Source: Clostridia bacterium (lineage in GTDB: Bacteria > Bacillota > Clostridia > Oscillospirales > CAG-272). Taken from it: a stretch of DNA of 64,000 nt. The stretch covers positions 13,096-77,095 of the forward strand of contig JAFURQ010000013.1 in assembly GCA_017471825.1 (NCBI GenBank). Direction: 5' to 3'. This document shows positions 60,127 to 64,000 of this stretch, piece by piece (the stretch's first letter is position 1; each line of letters opens with the position of its first letter). The position numbers and the translations under genes were made by a program. The notes beneath the pieces were generated by a model. That model was not told the DNA's origin, ran no database searches, and saw only the letters and a list, made by a program, of their open reading frames with translations.

Positions 60127-60819
60127 TTATGCCCAAGTGGGTAACGAAATGTCTTTTTTATCCGAATTTCTGTGTGCGAGGAACCATTCAATCAGCTCGT
60201 CATTGTATGCATAGTCCCAAGCGTTATGTCCGACACCGGCAAAAATCGTAAGTGATGCATTTGCAGTTCCGCTGTAGGCGTTAATTCTCGAAACCATAGC
60301 CAGACTTTCGTGGGGTGAAACCGCCTCGTCAAGATCTCCGTGAAAGGCGCGCACGGGTATTGCCGCAAGTCTTGCGCCATACCAGGAAATTCCTTCGCCG
60401 CAGATAGGCGAAATAGCGGCAAAACGGTTCTTGGCTCCATCCTGAGCCCAAAGCCACGTCGCCGTGCCGCCCATTGAAAGACCTGTGAGATATATTCTGT
60501 CGGTATCAATAGGGTTGCTGTCAATTATATAATCAAGAAAACGGTTAAGAGATTCGATATAGCTACCCCAAAATTCGTTACACGGGCACTGGGGTGCGAC
60601 CATAATCATGGGGTATTCCTTCCCCTCCTTGATATACTTGAAATATCCGTGCGAGGCAACGAGATCAAGCTGTGAGCCGTCGGTATTTCCACGCTCACCC
60701 GCGCCGTGCATGAATATAAGAAGCGGATATTTCTCACCGTCCTTCATACCATTGGGCATATATTTCAAGTAATGAAAGCTTTGTCCAACCGTTGCGCTGT
60801 AATAACACTTTTCGTACAT
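60127..60819 (-). CDS. Alpha/beta-hydrolase esterase (carboxylesterase / prolyl-oligopeptidase-like)
   Basis: YPLLIFMHGAGERG. Nucleophile elbow GLSMGG. FHGDLDEAV and GVGHNAW complete a Ser-Asp-His layout. Confidence 0.75.
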   Translation of the reverse strand: MYEKCYYSATVGQSFHYLKYMPNGMKDGEKYPLLIFMHGAGERGNTDGSQLDLVASHGYFKYIKEGKEYPMIMVAPQCPCNEFWGSYIESLNRFLDYIIDSNPIDTDRIYLTGLSMGGTATWLWAQDGAKNRFAAISPICGEGISWYGARLAAIPVRAFHGDLDEAVSPHESLAMVSRINAYSGTANASLTIFAGVGHNAWDYAYNDELIEWFLAHRNSDKKDISLPTWA

Positions 60820-60973
60820 AAATTATCTCCTTCAAGGCACTTTCTCTGCTTTATTAAGTGACCTTACACTTCTACATAAAATATATCATATATCCTCGAT
60901 TTTTTCAAGTAGATTTGATTTTTTCTTTGCTTTATGGTAAAATTAGTTTACTATATTCCAACGGAGTAACGGG

Positions 60974-61651
60974 ATGAACGAAATCAAAGACAGGATTATA
61001 TCTCTTGGAGATGAAAAATACAGAGATTTTTCAGTGAAGCTGATACCTACCGTATCTGCCGACACGGTAATAGGAGTGCGGGCGCCAAGGCTGCGTGCGC
61101 TTGCAAAAAAATTAATTAAAAACGGTGAGCAAAGGGACTTTATTTCTGCCCTTCCTCACCGCTATCACGACGAGAATATTTTACACGCCTACCTACTTAA
61201 CGAGGAAAAGGACTATTTTTTGTGTGTAAACGAGATAGATCGGTTTTTGCCGTTTGTCGACAATTGGGCTGTGTGCGATGCGCTTCGTCCAAAATGTGTC
61301 AAGGCGCATAAGGCTGAGTTTATTTTTCAAATCGACTGTTGGCTTGCATCCGAGCACCCCTACACCGCAAGATTCGGTATGGAAATGCTTATGCTCCACT
61401 ATCTCGGCGAGGACTTTTCTCCCTCTCATCTCGAACGGGTTGCAGGGGTGAGCATCGACGATTATTACGTAGAAATGATGGCGGCGTGGTATTTTGCAAC
61501 CGCACTTGCCGAGCAATGGGAAAGCACGCTTCCTTATTTGACCGACAGACGCCTTCCTACCTGGATACACAACAAAACCATACAAAAAGCAATCGAGAGC
61601 TATCGCATCAGCACGGAAAGAAAAAATCTTTTGAGAGGCTTGAAAATTTAA
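60974..61651 (+). CDS. DNA alkylation repair protein (AlkC/AlkD-like HEAT repeats)
   Basis: YRDFSVKLIPTVSADTVIGVRAPRLRALAKKL...VDNWAVCDAL is typical of this family. Confidence 0.75.
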   Translation: MNEIKDRIISLGDEKYRDFSVKLIPTVSADTVIGVRAPRLRALAKKLIKNGEQRDFISALPHRYHDENILHAYLLNEEKDYFLCVNEIDRFLPFVDNWAVCDALRPKCVKAHKAEFIFQIDCWLASEHPYTARFGMEMLMLHYLGEDFSPSHLERVAGVSIDDYYVEMMAAWYFATALAEQWESTLPYLTDRRLPTWIHNKTIQKAIESYRISTERKNLLRGLKI

Positions 61652-61740
61652 CTCGCATCCTCTCATTATTTCCCTTGATTTTGTCGAAAAGCTATGATAC
61701 AATGTATATTAGGATTTAAAATAACGAAAGGCATCGAAAA

Positions 61741-63141
61741 ATGGAAAAGGATTATAACGTATTTTTATGTTATCGCGGCGAGGGCGGTATGCTCGCCTCC
61801 AATATTTATTCCGACTTGTGCACGTACTCGAAGAACAAGCTTAAGCTTTTTTATGCACCTAAATGCATAAAGCACGGCGAAAACTTTATGTCGATATGCA
61901 AAGAGGTTGCGTCGAAGGTATCTCTGATGATACTGATTCTGACGCCCGGATTTTTCTCTCAATGCAGAAACGACGATGACGTGGTTTTACAGGAGCTTCG
62001 CTCCGCTCTGTCAAATCCTACCTGTGCGTTTCTGCCGATTATCACGCCGAGATTTGCTTATGACGTTGTGGCTCTTGAGGAGTTTTTCACCGAGCAGGAG
62101 ATCGACAGAATAAAGCATATTAACGCCATCAAGTATAACGACGTTTACTCCTTTAATTCAATGGAGCTTCTCCTCCCCATTCTGAAGGACAAGGTCGGAG
62201 CTACCGACTATGATGAAATTATTCAAAGCGAGCTTCTTGCGAAGCAGGCGCGCACCAAAAGACGCGTACATATTCACGACGAGAACAAAACAGGATTTTT
62301 CAGCCAGGAAAATAAGGTTGAATCCCGAAGACTCGAAACCCAACAGCGTCTTCTTTTCGATTTTGATATGCCCGTTTACGAAAAATATCTTGAGGGCAAA
62401 TCCGAGCTGAACGTGCTTGACGTTGGATGCGGAAACGGAAAAGCGCTTATGACAAGACTCGGCAATCGCCCAGAGGTTTCCAAAATCATAGGAATAGAAT
62501 ACGATCAAACCTTTGTAGACAAGGCTAAAAATGATTACGCAGGCACAAAAGCGAGCTTTTATCAGATGGATGCCGAGGCTGACGATTTCATAGATAATTT
62601 GCGCGACGTGATGGACGAGCAAGGCATCGAGGGCTTTGACTGGATAAACATTCTTGCCGTTATGTCGCACCTGAAATCCCCCTATCAGCTTCTCAAATCA
62701 CTCAGAAAGGTCTGCAACAGAGGCGCGGTCATTTTTATCCGCAATATTGACGACGGTCTTAACTTTGTTCACCCCGATGAAAAGCTGATGTTTGAGCGGT
62801 CCTTCAATATGATAGCAAAATGCGACACGACCGGTTATCGCTATTCGGGAAGAGAGCTTTTCACACTGCTCCACCGCGCAGGCTACAGGGATATTGTATA
62901 CGAGAAGATGGGCATAAATTCCGCAACTATGGATTATTCGGAGAAGGAAGCGCTTTTCGACACGATATTCATTTTCCTCAAGAACAGTATTAACGTTACT
63001 GCAAAAAACAACCCCTACAATCAGGAAATTCAGGTCGAAAAGGAATGGCTTGACGAGCATTTTGAGGACCTCGAAGAGCAATTCCTCTCGTCCGACAGCT
63101 TCGTTAACTTCGGCTTCCTTATAGTAGTGGCAAAGTATTAA
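61741..63141 (+). CDS. TIR-like domain fused to a class I SAM-dependent methyltransferase
   Basis: N-terminus YNVFLCYRGEGGMLASNIYSDL...SLMILILTPGFFSQCRNDDDVVLQELRSAL (TIR pattern). C-terminal half VLDVGCGNGKAL (motif I), IIGIEYD, WINILAVMSHL. Confidence 0.8.
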   Translation: MEKDYNVFLCYRGEGGMLASNIYSDLCTYSKNKLKLFYAPKCIKHGENFMSICKEVASKVSLMILILTPGFFSQCRNDDDVVLQELRSALSNPTCAFLPIITPRFAYDVVALEEFFTEQEIDRIKHINAIKYNDVYSFNSMELLLPILKDKVGATDYDEIIQSELLAKQARTKRRVHIHDENKTGFFSQENKVESRRLETQQRLLFDFDMPVYEKYLEGKSELNVLDVGCGNGKALMTRLGNRPEVSKIIGIEYDQTFVDKAKNDYAGTKASFYQMDAEADDFIDNLRDVMDEQGIEGFDWINILAVMSHLKSPYQLLKSLRKVCNRGAVIFIRNIDDGLNFVHPDEKLMFERSFNMIAKCDTTGYRYSGRELFTLLHRAGYRDIVYEKMGINSATMDYSEKEALFDTIFIFLKNSINVTAKNNPYNQEIQVEKEWLDEHFEDLEEQFLSSDSFVNFGFLIVVAKY

Positions 63142-63155
63142 GAAAGGTAAAAACA

Positions 63156-63677
63156 ATGAAAATAAATATTTCGGACGTTACATATAAGCCCCTTGGAATT
63201 GAATCAATTCCCGATCTTTTGGAAATCCAGGAGGAAACCTTCGAGTACGCAAAGGGAGATACCGACTTTCTGCGCAGAAATACCGAGGAAACCTTTGCCG
63301 TCTGCTTCCCTGCTCCCAGCCTTGTTCTCGGTGCCTACTACGGTGGCGAGATGATTGCATTCGGAATTCTTCATGCGGCAGGCGAAACCAAGGAAAACCT
63401 TGCTCACGATCTTGACGAGGTTACGGACATTAATGAGAACGCAAACGTAAAGCTTACCATAGTACGCCCCGCATACCGCGGGAACGGACTTCAGCGCGCC
63501 CTTATTACCAAGCTTGAGGAGCATGCAAGGGCGGCGGGATTTAAATGGCTCTCTTCCACCGTTTCCCCCGGCAACCCATGGAGCAAAAACAATCTTGAAG
63601 CCTGCGGCTTCACTACGGCAAAAATTCTCCAGAAATACGGCGGAATGCAACGCATTCTCCTGTGCAAAAAAATATGA
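63156..63677 (+). CDS. GNAT-family N-acetyltransferase
   Basis: VRPAYRGNGLQRALITKLEEHARAAGFKWL is the acetyl-CoA binding motif A. Starts 14 nt after the TIR-MTase stop. Confidence 0.8.
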   Translation: MKINISDVTYKPLGIESIPDLLEIQEETFEYAKGDTDFLRRNTEETFAVCFPAPSLVLGAYYGGEMIAFGILHAAGETKENLAHDLDEVTDINENANVKLTIVRPAYRGNGLQRALITKLEEHARAAGFKWLSSTVSPGNPWSKNNLEACGFTTAKILQKYGGMQRILLCKKI

Positions 63678-63685
63678 GACGCAGA

Positions 63686-63720
63686 AGCACCACCGCAAAA
63701 ACGCGGTGGTGCTTTGTTTA
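63686..63720 (+). terminator. Intrinsic terminator after the GNAT gene
   Basis: AGCACCACCGC-AAAAAC-GCGGTGGTGCT + TTGTTT. Confidence 0.7.
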
Positions 63721-63810
63721 AGTAAAAAAGCAATACATTTTTTCAAGTATACTTTTAATCCGGCTGATTATATGCTATAATATCATTGCAAAAATATGAG
63801 GAGGCGCAAA

Positions 63811-64000
63811 ATGCTCGGAGCAATAATCGGCGATATCGTCGGAAGCCAATACGAATGGCAAAACAACAAAAGCAAGAATTTCACACTTTTCACAGGCGCG
63901 TGCCGCTACACTGACGACAGCCTGATGACGCTTGCCATTGCCGAAGCCTTTACACTGCGCAAGGGGCGCTGGCGAGAATCGGGATTTCAACGCTACGTCA
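63811..64000 (+). CDS. ADP-ribosylglycohydrolase-family protein, N-terminal part (runs off window end)
   Basis: ATG 63811 after GAGGAGG. MLGAIIGDIVGSQYEWQNNKSKNFTLFTGACRYTDDSLMTLAIAEA matches the family N-terminus (GDxxGS.YE...TDD..MT). Confidence 0.7.
   Translation, partial: MLGAIIGDIVGSQYEWQNNKSKNFTLFTGACRYTDDSLMTLAIAEAFTLRKGRWRESGFQRYV

Overview
This 64-kb window looks like chromosome from a Bacillota (Clostridia-type) anaerobe. The evidence is GGAGG ribosome-binding sites, TTGACA-17-TATAAT promoters, and BspA-LRR and Listeria-Bacteroides-repeat surface proteins. All domain calls are by-eye motif recognition; no searches were run.

**Ordinary content**
- Left third: an OmpR/histidine-kinase two-component operon with small membrane proteins, then cardiolipin synthase, an ArsB/NhaD-type permease and a GHL6-like glycosidase.
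- Also on the left: a heterodimeric ABC exporter, rplM-rpsI, an SdpI-like membrane gene group and metA/metY.
- Right third: an MFS transporter, a HAD hydrolase, three peptidases (M18, PepD, M29), an esterase and an AlkD-like gene.

**Centre of the window (about 24-53 kb)**
- Five very large repetitive surface-protein genes dominate the centre.
- They surround ssrA (tmRNA, 34603-34969).
- A roughly 9.4-kb island is inserted at the ssrA 3' end. It is bounded by a degenerate second copy of that 3' end at 44303-44340.
- The island carries a vWA-like gene and a structured leader RNA in front of a 1144-aa Cys-repeat lipoprotein.
- It also carries an AT-rich three-gene GIY-YIG cluster and two tandem large serine recombinases, one of them frameshifted.

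**Best candidates for undescribed biology**
1. Two unrelated TIR-domain fusions. One is a cytoplasmic TIR + 12x BspA-LRR protein (7933-9534). The other is a TIR + SAM-methyltransferase co-transcribed with a GNAT gene, next to an ADP-ribosylglycohydrolase gene (61741-64000).
2. The GIY-YIG trio, which appears to have replaced the 3' end of the island lipoprotein gene.
3. A 2335-aa surface protein whose predicted cytoplasmic tail ends in a ribosomal uL15-like domain.
4. An AT-rich XRE/Cys-rich-peptide mini-cassette flanked by identical 29-nt terminator hairpins.
5. A perfect 69-bp duplication of the rpsI 3' end.
6. Arrays of variable mini-hairpins separated by constant 7-9-nt words.
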